In this document: piece after piece, positions 11,329-22,385 of the stretch
Position numbering within the stretch: position 1 is the stretch's first letter
Layout: every line of letters begins with the position of its first letter
NCBI GenBank assembly: GCA_030141605.1
Contig: JAQGDQ010000936.1
Coordinates: forward strand, 52,080 to 79,144
DNA length: 27,065 nt
Source: Tubiluchus corallicola
Taxonomy: Eukaryota; Animalia; Priapulida
Direction of reading: 5' to 3'
Position numbers and translations under genes: made by a program
Notes under the pieces: model-generated
Told to the model about the DNA's origin: nothing
Databases searched by the model: none
Seen by the model: the letters and a program-made list of their open reading frames with translations, nothing else

Positions 11329-11737
11329 GTTGTAACACAAGCTCTGTTGTAATTAATAGCATCTTCGTCGTACAATGATTCAAGCTTTTTCTGTTTTACA
11401 CCTCTTACTTGCTGTTGCACGAATTGGCCGTTGTAATTAAAGCACTTCTCTGTGCGCTAATTGCCTCTGTCTGTTAGAAGAAGGGAAATAATATCATAAT
11501 TTTGCTGCGTTTTTCTACGGAGACTCATAACGAAGCATAAACCGGACATTAACATTCCTAAATCGACGAAAAGACGTTGGCGAATGTTTTAACGTAGCTG
11601 TAATTAAGCTGTGGGGAATTACAGGCTAGTAATTATTCTGGTGCCTGGATGGTTCTGCTAGATTTTAACTGAAGAATTGCTTTAGATTGTAGGCAAATTT
11701 GTTATCTGACCTTATGGCATGCTTACACGTGTGTTTG

Positions 11738-12061
11738 GAGCTGTTAGTTATTCCTTGATGCATCCGGCTTGTTCGATAAACCGTAAAAAGTGTTGATTTG
11801 ACGTAATTTTAATGTTATTGGTTTAGTGACAGGTTTGCATTCAGCAGAACCGTTTGTTATTTCTTGATGCATCCGGTTTGTTTGATAAACCGTAAAAAGT
11901 GTTGAATTGACCTATTTTTAATGTCATTGGTTAAATGACAGGTTGGCATTCAACAGAACCCTTAGTTATTCCTTAATCAATCCAGTTTATTCGACAAACC
12001 GTAAAAAGTGTTGATTTGACCTATTTTTAATGTTCTTGGCTTAATGGCAGGTTGGCATTCA
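11738..12061 (-). repeat. Same 109-bp repeat in reverse orientation, about 3 copies (right arm)
   Basis: cgataaaccgtaaaaagtgttgatttgac is the reverse complement of gtcaaatcaacactttttacggtttatcg in the left arm. Confidence 0.9.
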
Positions 12062-12359
12062 AAGCTCTCTTGGTAGATATAAACGGCCACATCGTCGTTG
12101 AAACGTTTCGTGTGAACGCACCCTTAGAAATTCATCACATTCGGTAGTTAATTACATTGGGGCTAAATATTCGCAGTTTTTGTATGTAACAGTTTTGTGC
12201 CATAAACTGAAAAATTTTGATATTTCTGTAAATACATTGTGTTGTGTAATAATATTGCTCAGGGCGTATAACAATGAATCTTGCTGTTTCTGTGGTCTTC
12301 CTTCCATTAAGACTATCATGGTGGCATCAAAAGCAAATTTTATTTGACTTAATTGCATT

Positions 12360-12865
12360 CAGTGATGAGAATTTTCCGCAGATACGCGGAATTCCGAGTT
12401 TTTGAAGACCAGTAGTGCCATTTTTGTAAATCGCGTAAATGCGTTGAGAAAATTTTTACGGACCCAGTACATTATTTCACAAGCTGACCGCTAGTTGGCA
12501 GGCCGTCACTTTGTTTACATCACGTACATCAGTGTAACCACGTGTATATCTCTATGTATAAAAATATAGAATCAATTGTGTGGAGTTATTTGAGTCAATT
12601 GCAGACAGTTTTTATATACTATTGCATAGGAGTGGCCAGTATTTAGGTGTTTTTGAGACAATTAGGTATCATGTATCCTTGATAGTTGGATATTTTAAAT
12701 TATGCATGAAACAAGGTAATTGATATTTTAAGTCCACTTAGAGGCTCTCTATGGTCACAAAATTGCTGGCTCTAAGGGGTCCCCTTGAACCCCCATGGGG
12801 CCTACGCAGCCCCTAAACCCTCGGCCTGTTTCAGAGTTTTTTGCAATTTGTCATTCTCATCCCTG
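12360..12865. mobile_element. hAT-like MITE, 506 bp
   Basis: TIRs CAGTGATGAGAAT / ATTCTCATCCCTG match at 12/13. The 8-bp flanks attgcatt / gatgcatt match at 6/8, consistent with a decayed TSD. Confidence 0.7.
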
Positions 12866-13124
12866 GATGCATTGTTGTCGCGATTTTATTAGTAGTAAAA
12901 ATGTACATTTGTTGTTTCGCTTTTAATTTTTATTAGTTCATTTTTTTATAGCAGTTTGTCATCGACGTATCAAAACATTCGTATGTGTCTTGTAAAAAGT
13001 GCATAATATTTGATGTGTGTTTGTGATTTCCTGTGTTTGAGAATAAACAGATAAGATATTGTACTAGTAGCTTTAATTGTTTCTCAATAGTAATAGTGTT
13101 CGTACCATCCCTCTGTGTCAGGTG

Positions 13125-14908
13125 GGAAGCCATGTCACTTGGAGCAGCTATGAAGCCGAACTATTTGCACACAGCAATGAAGCCGCACCACTTGCACACA
13201 GTAATGAAGCTGCACGGCTTGCAAGCAGCAATGAAGCCGCACCACTTGCATGCAGTGATGAAGCTGCACCACTTGCATGCAGCAATGAAGCTGCACCACT
13301 TGCACACATCAATGAAGCTGCACCACTTACACGCAGCAATGAAGCCGCACCACTTACACGCAGCAATGAAGCTGCACCACTTGCACACATCAATGAAGCC
13401 GCACCACTTGCAAGCAGCAATGAAGCCGCACCACTTGCACACAGCATTGAAGCTGCACCACTTGCACACAGCAATGAAGCTGCACCACTTGCACACAGCA
13501 ATGAAGCCATGTCACTTGCACACATCAATGAAGCTGCACCACTTGCACACATCAATGAAGCTGCACCACTTGCACACAGCAATGAAGCTGCACCACTTAC
13601 ATGCAGCAATGAAGCTGCACCACTTGCACACAGCAATGAAGCTGCACCACTTACACACAGCAATGAAGCTGCACCACTTGCACACATCAATGAAGCTGCA
13701 CCACTTGCACACAGCAATGAAGCTGCACCACTTACATGCAGCAATGAAGCTGCACCACTTGTACACAACAATGAAGGTGCACCACTTGCACACAACAATG
13801 AAGGTGCACCACTTGCACACAGCAATGAAGCCATGTCACTTGCACGCAGCAATGAAGCTGCACCACTTGTACACAGCAATGAAGCTGCACCACTTGTACA
13901 CAGCAATGAAGCTGCACTACTTGCAAGCAGCAATGAAGCTGCACCACTTACACGCAGCAATGAAGCCGCACCACTTACACGCAGCAATGAAGCTGCACCA
14001 CTTGCACACATCAATGAAGCCGCACCACTTGCAAGCAGCAATGAAGCCGCACCACTTGCACGCAGCAATGAAGCTGCACCACTTGCACACATCAATGAAG
14101 CTGCACCACTTGCACACAGCAATGAAGCCATGTCACTTGCACGCATCAATGAAGCTGCACCACTTGCACACATCAATGAAGCTGCACCACTTGCACACAG
14201 CAATGAAGCTGCACCACTTACATGCAGCAATGAAGCTGCACCACTTACATGCAGCAATGAAGCTGCACCACTTACACACAGCAATGAAGCCACACCACTT
14301 GCACACAACAATGAAGCCACATTACTTAAATGCAGCAATGAAGCTGCACCACTTGCACGCAGCAATGAAGCTGCACCACTTACACGCAGCAATGAAGCTG
14401 CACCACTTACACGCAGCAATGAAGCTGCACCACTTACACGCAGCAATGAAGCTGCACCACTTGCACGCAGCAATGAAGCTGCACCACTTGCACACAGCAA
14501 TGAAGCTGCATCACTTGCAAGCAGTAATGAAGCTGCACCACTTGCACACAGCAATAAAGCTGCACCACTTACATGCAGCAATGAAGCCACATCACTTGGA
14601 AGCAGCAATGAAGCTGCACCACTTACACGCAGCAATGAAGCTGCACCACTTGCGTGCAGCAATGAAGCCGCACCACTTGTATGCAGCAATGAAGCTGCAC
14701 CACTTGTATGCAGCAATGAAGCTGCACTACTTGCACACAGCAATGAAGCTTCACCACTTACACGCAGCAATGAAGCTGCACCACTTACAAGCAGCAATGA
14801 AGCCGTACTGCTTGCCTAGAACAATGAAGGTGCACCACTTGTACACAACAATGAAGGTGCACCACTTGCACACAATAAAGGAGCTGTACCAGTTACAGCG
14901 ATGAAGCT
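13125..14908. repeat. 27-bp minisatellite, about 66 copies, open in three reading frames
   Basis: Unit gcaatgaagctgcaccacttgcacaca with substitutions only. It gives the 623-, 580- and 549-aa ORFs. Coding status is unproven. Confidence 0.95.
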
Positions 14909-15130
14909 ATAACTTGCTGCCATGAAACCATGCAACTGTTTCTTCAAATAAATGTATTTTTACTGTTTCAAAAATAGAAGCATTTTTTCCAAAATAAGCA
15001 AAGCTGTTCTGCACTTTTTAACTACGCCGGCATGCCTACAATGAAACATGATTGTTCTTCAATTTACACTTTAAGATTATTAAATTTGGTTCCAGCTGTG
15101 AAAAGATTGGTGTTAGCCAAATACCTAATT

Positions 15131-15631
15131 CAGGGGTGTGTAAATTATCTGACTAGCAGGGCCACATTAAACTATCCCGCAATTCCTGTGGGCCACAGGC
15201 AGTTTGATCAAGGAGCCAAGTACAGAAAGGCCTAATAACGATTTTCTTGCATCCGACCCACGTACATCATTACTACTACACTCAAGAAACTATTTTAGAA
15301 GTTATTAAAATTTATATTACAAACCATATATTTCTACTTTCAGGACAGATAGTGGTAATTTCATTACAATGCATATTAGTAATGTGTATCACACAGTCTG
15401 TGTAGTACAGTCACATTAAGCTACAACCGTCTTGTAAGGGTTAATGGCATCCGATGTAGTAGAAAAAACTACCGGCACTATCTTTGGGATCGTGGCACGG
15501 ACTTCAGCTGGATACACTCAATTAATCGCCCGGGCTGCACTTTCATTAGGTTGACAAATCTCTTCGCGGGGCCGCACAAATTCTCTCGACGGGCCGCAAG
15601 TGACCCGCGGGCCGCAATTTGTACACCCCTG
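15131..15631. mobile_element. hAT (Charlie-like) MITE, 501 bp
   Basis: TIRs CAGGGGTGTGTAAATT / AATTTGTACACCCCTG match at 14/16. The 8-bp TSD acctaatt / acctaatc matches at 7/8 with central TA. GGGCCGC subterminal motifs are repeated near the right end. Confidence 0.88.
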
Positions 15632-15978
15632 ACCTAATCGATGCAGTACTAATAGATACTATGAATAGAATAGTTAATCGATTAGACAAGGGCTCATTCA
15701 ACGAAGGTGCTGCTCCATACGATCGTCATGCTTTGATTTCATGCCTCAATAATATTCTTAATAAGCTGGGACTAAATTTACTGTAAGAACTAATTGACGT
15801 TGATGGCCATGACGCAGCTGACGTTACAACAATGCGCATGCGCGAGTTTAATTAATAAACACCGACAAAAGATTCACTAAATTTTATCTTTACGGCGAGA
15901 GCAATTTGTCATAATTACTCTTAATTACTTTTTACAGGAATACAGGAATTTTGGATGTGAAATTACCACAGCTAATTA

Positions 15979-16448
15979 CAGTCAACCTCGAATATAAGGC
16001 ACACTCGCTTATAAGGGACCACCAACACCGGTCCCGATTTTTCGTAACGTTTTTCCTACGTAAGAATCTTCGTATATAAGGTACTCGAATATAAGGGAAA
16101 ATCGGTTATAAGAGACGACATCTTCAAGCCCCGCGTGATAGAAACCCAGGTAAATTACCTCGCGTATAAGGGACCCTATGATCAAAGCGAAATTGACCGA
16201 TTTTTAACCTCAATTTTTCACAAACTCGGCCTTCGAACAGCTCGGTTTCCACGGTCACATACATCTCGCATCACTGAAGGAGCTTCCTACATACCGTCTG
16301 CACTGAATGTGCAGCAATAATCCATAAAAATACGGGTAAAAGTACAGAAAAGTACAGAGCTAGATACACCCTCGGTCTAACTCAACTTCGGCTATAAGGG
16401 ACGGTTTTTTTCCGGTCCGGAGGTGTCCCTTATATCGGAGTTTGACTG
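15979..16448. mobile_element. Complete Tc1/mariner (pogo/Tigger-like) MITE, 470 bp
   Basis: TA|CAGTCAACCTCGAATATAAGG ... CCTTATATCGGAGTTTGACTG|tc (18/21 inverted match), with repeated subterminal tcg-NN-tataagg motifs. The right TA is mutated. Confidence 0.85.
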
Positions 16449-16779
16449 TCGTTTGAATTCAGTTTTGCAACTTTCTTTGTCAGATTTTCATTTCTTATTT
16501 AAACTTTGGCATCTTTTAGTTGATAAAGCTTTCGATCTTACGTTTTTAAACCAGTTTTTTAGTTTTAAGTAAATAATTTATTTGTCTCTAAATTTTCACA
16601 ACATAAAGATAAACAAAAGCATTAAATATAATAAAAAAGGAACGAGACCGTGTGGAAAAATAACCAATGGTCAGCAGGTCAGCCATTCCTAACTGAGTTT
16701 AAAAAAAATTAAGTAACCTGTCAAGCAGGCATACACAAAAAATATTTATCAAAAATTTAAAAACAAAAAAAAACTTCAT

Positions 16780-17655
16780 AAGTGTTTCATAAGTAGAACC
16801 ACATTGACAATTGGGTGATACTAGCGACCCATCGTAATTATCCGCCAATTGTCAATGTGGTTGTACTTATGAAACACTTGGTCATTACTTAATAAGCTGC
16901 CCTCTTTACCACCAGACCAGACACGATTTATTTACAAATCTCTGCCCTCTTTTGTCAGCTTAAATTATGATTTCTACCTTAGAAAAAGTAAAAATTACAG
17001 CAGGTAGCTGGTATCACCTAGTTGTCAATGTGGTTCTGCTTATGAAACAGTTGGTCATTACTTAATTAGCTGCCCTCTTTACCACCAGACCAGACACGAC
17101 TTATTTACAAATCTCTGCACTCTTTTGTCAGCATAATTATGATTTATACCTTAGAAAATGTAAAAATTACAGCAGGTAGTTGAGTTGATATCACCTAGTT
17201 GTCAATGTGGTTTTGCTTATGAAACAGTTGGTCATTACTTAATAAGCTGGCCTCTTTACCATCAGACCAGACACGACTTATTTACAAATCTCTGCCCTCT
17301 TTTGTCAGCTTATTTATGATTTCTACCTTAGAAAATGTAAAAATTACGGCAGGTAGCTGGTATCAACTAGTTGTCAATGTGGTTCTACGTATGAAACAGT
17401 TGGTCAGTACTTAGTTACCTGCCCTCTTTACCACCAGACCAGACACGACTTATTTACAAATCTCTGCCCTCTTTTGTCAGCATAATTATGATTTCTACCT
17501 TAGAAAATGTAAAAATTACGGCAGGTAGCTAGTATCAACTAGTTGTCAATGTGGTTCTACTTATGAAACAGTTGGTCATTACTTAATTAGCTGCCCTCTT
17601 TACCACCAGGCCGGACACGACTTATTTACAAATCTCTGCCCTCTTTTGTTAGCTA
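16780..17655. repeat. 172-177-bp satellite-like array (about 4.7 copies) headed by an inverted partial unit
   Basis: gtcaatgtgg occurs at 16851, 17024, 17201, 17373 and 17545. 16780-16814 is the reverse complement of 16845-16879 at 34/35. Confidence 0.92.
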
Positions 17656-18061
17656 TTTACTCATTTTAATGAGAACAGTTTTTGCTCTTGTAAATCTATT
17701 TGTAAAACTACGTACTGAATTTCGAACGCCATAACTTTGTTATTTCAATTCTAATTTTACAGCTTCCACCATAATGATCCGAAGCGTTAAGAGTTTCAAT
17801 AAAGAATTTCCTGTGAACCGATGAGCTTAAACTTGATTATTTGCTTTACAGTGTTGCCGTGCAGCTGTTTAATCTTTTATAAACACAAATTTTCCTCCCG
17901 CTGTTAATGGTAGGCGTTTAAATTTTGGAAGAAGTTTGGACTAGTTTGAACGTTCTATCAGCTGTGAAGTGGTGAATAATATTGATTCAGTAATCTCAGT
18001 TGATACTCGACTGTTGAATACGTCCAAAGTATTTATACGATTTCTGCTTATACAGAACGGT

Positions 18062-18113
18062 TTGGGACCGACGTGTTTTGATCGAATTAACCGACTGAAC
18101 CTATTAACCAATG
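18062..18113 (-). mobile_element. Fragment of the 6475-6971 MITE family
   Basis: Its reverse complement matches 6893-6944 at 49/52. Confidence 0.85.
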
Positions 18114-18188
18114 CAGGGCCGGCCTTAAGCATAGGCAAACTAGGCAACCGCCTAAGGCCTCACCCTCCAGGGGGGCCTCACGCCGAGG
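18114..18188 (+). mobile_element. Solo hAT-like MITE left end
   Basis: CAGGGCCGGCCTTAAG...taggcaaactaggcaaccgcctaaggcc is a GC-rich CAGGG-type terminus starting exactly where the previous MITE homology stops. No partner TIR was seen. Confidence 0.5.
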
Positions 18189-18216
18189 TAACATTTTTTT
18201 TCCTTATGCGAACATA

Positions 18217-18389
<173 letters not shown>

Positions 18390-18390
18390 T

Positions 18391-19032
18391 TGAGTGAGTA
18401 AGTTACTAAGTAAGTCACTAAGTAGGTACGTTAGTGAGTAAGTTACTAAGTAAGTCACTAAGTAAGTATGTGAGTGAGTAAGTTACTAAGTAAGTCACTA
18501 AATAAGTGCGTGAGTGAGTAAGTTACTAAGTAAGTCACTAAGTAAGTATGTGAATGAGTAAGTTACTAAGTAAGTCACTAAGTAGGTACGTTAGTGAGTA
18601 AGTTACTAAGTAAGTCACTAAGTAAGTATTTGAGTGAGTAAGTTACTAAATAAGTCACTAAGTAAGTATGTGAGTGAGTAAGTTACTAAGTAAGTCACTA
18701 AGTAAGTATGTGAATGAGTAAGTTACTAAGTAAGTCACGAAGTAGGTGCGTTAGTGAGTAAGTTACTAAGTAAGCCACTAAGTAAGTATTTGAGTGAGTA
18801 AGTTACTAAATAAGTCACTAAGTAAGTATTTGAGTGAGTAAGTTACTAAGTAAGTCACTAAGTAAGTATGTGAGTGAGTAAGTTACTAAGTAAGTGCGTG
18901 AGTGAGTAAGTTACCAAGTAAGTAACTAAGTAAGTACGTGAGTGAGTAAGTTACTAAATAAGTCACTAAGTAAGTACGTGAGTGAGTAAGTTACTAAATA
19001 AGTCACTAAGTAAGTACGTGAGTGAGTAAGTT
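18391..19032. repeat. 40-bp minisatellite made of ten tetramers, about 16 copies
   Basis: Unit tgag tgag taag ttac taag taag tcac taag taag tatg. Confidence 0.95.
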
Positions 19033-19066
19033 AACGAGTTTCAACAATCAAAGTTTTGTAACAACC

Positions 19067-19215
19067 GCTAAGACCAGATAAATTTGAATGCCATTTTTTT
19101 CCTGTAATTTCTTCATCGGTTTTCTAAACCCTTTAAAAACAGCAATAATCCAGCTTACAAAAGGTTTAGAAGACCAATTAAGAAATTACAGGAATAAAAT
19201 GCCATTCAAATCTAT
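19067..19215. repeat. Imperfect long inverted repeat (stem about 50-55 bp, loop about 25 nt)
   Basis: atttgaatgccatttttttcctgtaatttcttcatcggttttctaaacc pairs with ggtttagaagaccaattaagaaattacaggaataaaatgccattcaaat. Confidence 0.85.
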
Positions 19216-19719
19216 GTTTTGTTTTTATTTATGATTATGTGAATTTACATTAGAATTGGTAATTATGTTTATTATAATTGTACTCGCTGTTTTTCATTGT
19301 GTATAATGTGAGTAAATTTTTGTTACTAAGTATTAAAATACGTTCGTTATCTTTTATTATGTATGTATGTAGTGTTGGATTATAATTTCAAACTATGTCT
19401 ATTGTATGTGATCGTTATCTTTTATTATGTATGTATGTAGTGTTGGATTATAATTTGTAACTATGTCTATTGTATGTGATCGTTATCTTTTATTATGTAC
19501 GTATGTAGTGTTGGATTATAATTTGTAACTATGTCTATTGTATGTGATCGTTATCTTTTATTATGTATGTATGTAGTGTTGGATTCTAAATTATATATCT
19601 ATGTGAATAGGTTTAACAAGTTGTAAATGCTTTTAGAAATTTTAAACATATCCTTACAAGTAGAGGGAATGTATTCTGTACATAGTTTTCGAAAATAAAG
19701 AATTATAATAAAAAAATAA
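19216..19719 (+). mobile_element. 5'-truncated LINE 3'-UTR insertion with a 10-bp TSD
   Basis: It is flanked by tcaaatctat at 19206-19215 and 19720-19729 and ends in AATAAA plus an A/TAA-rich tail. It shares 19 identical bases (aaataaagaattataataa) and an upstream ...tagaggg block with the minus-strand LINE end at 3922-4020. Confidence 0.72.
19344..19586. repeat. 68-bp tandem repeat, about 3.6 copies, inside the LINE fragment
   Basis: tcgttatcttttattatg occurs at 19344, 19412, 19480 and 19548. Confidence 0.92.
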
Positions 19720-20030
19720 TCAAATCTATCTAGTATTAGCTGGCATAATTCAGCTTACAATCTCTCTCGCTTTAAAAACTCTTCAAACTTTCGACTCTTA
19801 ATTACACACCAATATACTAGTAAACACTCTAGTATAGCATATAATTGCTCACAGCGACATCTTTGCCAAAAACTTCAATTATCACTTAAAGGGCACAAAC
19901 GTTTTTACACTGAAATCATTAATGCAGAACTTTCTACTCGATGTAAGTCATTAAAAGCTACCACTAAACGTTCTAAAGTTTATAATCCAGAGAAAATATT
20001 CACTTGGTGTGCTGTAACTGCTACTGTGAA

Positions 20031-20092
20031 AGGGTGGGCCCATCCCACCCTAAATCCGCCACTGGCCCACCCTCACCCTAAATCCGCCACTG
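20031..20092 (-). mobile_element. Solo, tandemly duplicated TIR-like end (CAGTGGCGGATTTAGGGTG on the minus strand)
   Basis: caccctaaatccgccactg occurs twice (20046-20064, 20074-20092). CAGTGGCGGA-type termini are typical of hAT-like MITEs. No partner end was found. Confidence 0.5.
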
Positions 20093-20339
20093 ATCACATC
20101 CATAAGTTTTATCTTTAACAGGGCAACCCTCATATCAAATATTGCATTTAGCAATTACAAAAAAATCTCACAAAAGTGAGTGAGATAATATGGCTTCGTA
20201 AAAGGCATTATAAACACTAAAGCATGTTCATGTACTTAGCTGCAATTTGCGCCAAGGACTATGAAAGCTTCTGTCCAAGAAGCAAATTTATCCATTTACG
20301 CAGACATCCTTAAAAAATCTCAATTAGCTCGCCTGAAAC

Positions 20340-20480
20340 TCGCTGACGGCCGAAGAGAAGTTCGTTGGTTGTGCGCATGCGCCGTGGATGCTGCAGGCGC
20401 GGGATAGCTGGAGATGCTAAACAGAAGGCTTCGACGTACGTTTACGCGTGCAGTGAGTTAGCAGCCCCGCCAGTGACGGA
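20340..20480. promoter_or_regulatory. CpG-rich candidate promoter/enhancer with an NRF-1-type palindrome
   Basis: TGCGCATGCGC lies at 20372-20382 in locally GC/CpG-rich unique sequence, about 1.4 kb upstream of the PH-domain exon. Confidence 0.35.
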
Positions 20481-20565
20481 TCTCTGCAGCTGTTGTACCA
20501 GGAGAAGTGAAGAGTGACGTTCATCAGAAGGGATTTTGATCAAATTTTGGCACAGCAGACGAGGA

Positions 20566-21025
20566 AGCTGAGTTGAAGGTTCTGTTCATTGAAGATAGAG
20601 CATCGGTAGGGGGTGTAAACAAACCATAGTGTCGTCAGCTGACTTGAAGGTTCTGCTCATTCAAGATAGAGCATCGTCAGCTGACCTAAAGGTTCTGTTC
20701 ATTCAAGATAGAGCATCGTCAGCTGACCTGAAGGTTCTGTTCATTCAAGATAGAGCATCGTCAGCTGACCTGAGGGTTCTGTTCATTCAAGATAGAGCAT
20801 CGTCAGCTGACCTAAAGGTTCTGTTCATTCAAGATAGAGCATCGTGAGCTGATCTGAAGGTTCTGTTCATTCAAGATAGAGCATCGTCAGTTGACCTGAA
20901 GGTTCTGTTCATTGAAGATAGAGCTTCGGTAGAGGGCGTAAATAAACCATAGTGTCGTCAGCTGACCTGAACGCTCTGTTCATTGAAGATAGAGCAACGC
21001 TAGATGGCGTAAACAAACCATAGTG
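20566..21025. repeat. 42-bp minisatellite with longer (about 70-bp) units at both ends
   Basis: Unit gtcagctgacctgaaggttctgttcattcaagatagagcatc. The long units add ggtagRgggYgtaaaYaaaccatagtgtc. Confidence 0.93.
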
Positions 21026-21769
21026 AATATAGACAATGGCAATGCAAAGACAGAAGATGCACCATATCTGTTAGATATACTTGGCTGAATATAACAGGCT
21101 TTATAACGTGCTTTGTGTATAGAGAAGAATTTTCGAGATCTCGAGATTTATAACATTATTATAAATTACTTGTAGCACAAAAGTTCCAAAGAGCTTGAAA
21201 GAGACAGAGCAAAATTAGGCACCAAGCGTCGTCGTGTTCACGTGTGGTGCAATTCTTTCCAGAAGTAAAATTGTCGTTTAACGAGAAACTCTGGTGATCC
21301 GGCGTCCATATCTTCGATTGGAAACTGAAGTGAATTCCATTACGTTAAGCGCATCGCCAACTTTATCTTAACAACACCTCGGAGAGAACAACGTTGCCAG
21401 ATTGTTGCATTCGCTCGAATTTATTACCTCTTCCTATGCGACTTCCCAGCTTCTTAGGAATGCTGGTATCCATGGCAACGAGTGTGACTGGGATGCGGGA
21501 AAGGCAATAATAGTCGCATGTCGGATAAGTGAATTAAATTCGGATTCGGACGACCGTCTTTATTTCGTAATTGGCGAGCTCATCTCGTATTCGTTGTGCC
21601 GGCTAGGGGAACTTTGCAAACTCTTAGGAGAGTTCCAGAAGGAAGCCATTGGATAAACAGAGTATGAAGCCATTTAAACGTGCATCCAGTGAACCCTAGC
21701 TCATGAAACCCTACAGGAGTTTGACTGTTTTTATAGTTAGGACATTAGCGTTTTGTTCTGGTACTCAAT

Positions 21770-21937
21770 ATGTTGAGTGACAATTTTGTACGTAACAATA
21801 TTAGAACCCAAGGCGACGGTACGACCCACCCCAATGCTCCTCCTGAAGTCGAAATGGCTTCACGAGACGGAGACGTGATAAAAAGAGGTTACATGTACAT
21901 CAAAAGACCACCAGGACACAGCTGGCTTCCTTGGAAG
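21770..21937 (+). CDS. Probable first coding exon of a PH-domain adaptor protein (GAB/DOS/DOK/PLEKHS1-like N-terminal PH start)
   Basis: MLSDNFVRNNIRTQGDGTTHPNAPPEVEMASRDGDVIKRGYMYIKRPPGHSWLPWK is followed by a perfect AAG|GTAAGT donor (phase 0). VIKRGYMYIKRPP...WK fits PH strand beta1 and the beta1-beta2 loop (compare GWLxKSPP...WK in GAB/DOS). An alternative start gaaATGg lies at 21854. The ORF-track extension to 22201 is intronic CT-rich sequence. Confidence 0.75.
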
Positions 21938-21994
21938 GTAAGTAGGTTATTACTAGTGGTAGATCTTGGTGTGATACTGTTGTGTCGTTGGGAC

Positions 21995-22385
21995 CATTTC
22001 TCCTTTCTTTGTCTTTCTTCTTATTCTTTTCTTCTTCGTTTCCTTTCTCTCCCTTTTTTCTCCTCTGTACTCCGTTTTTCTCTCTTTATCATCCTTTTTT
22101 CTTCAGCTGTTCCTTTTCGCCCTCTTTTCTTTCATTATTTTTCTTTCCTTCCTTTCTTCATTCTCTCTTTGCGGCTGCCGTTTTTTTATTTGCACGTTTG
22201 ACTCATGCTTCCTTCTTCTTTCTTCTTTCTCTTCTATTTTTCTTATTTCTCTTTCCCTTTTCATTTCTTTATTTGATTTCATCTTCCTATTTTTTACTTT
22301 TGTCGCTTTTTTCTGTCATTTTCTTCACTTTTTTATTTCATTGTTCCACGAGCGTTTTAGTGTTTTGTCCTTTAATCCTCTTTCT
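21995..22385 (+). repeat. Polypyrimidine low-complexity tract (intronic)
   Basis: T/C-dominated sequence; explains the F/L/S-rich ORFs. Confidence 0.85.
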
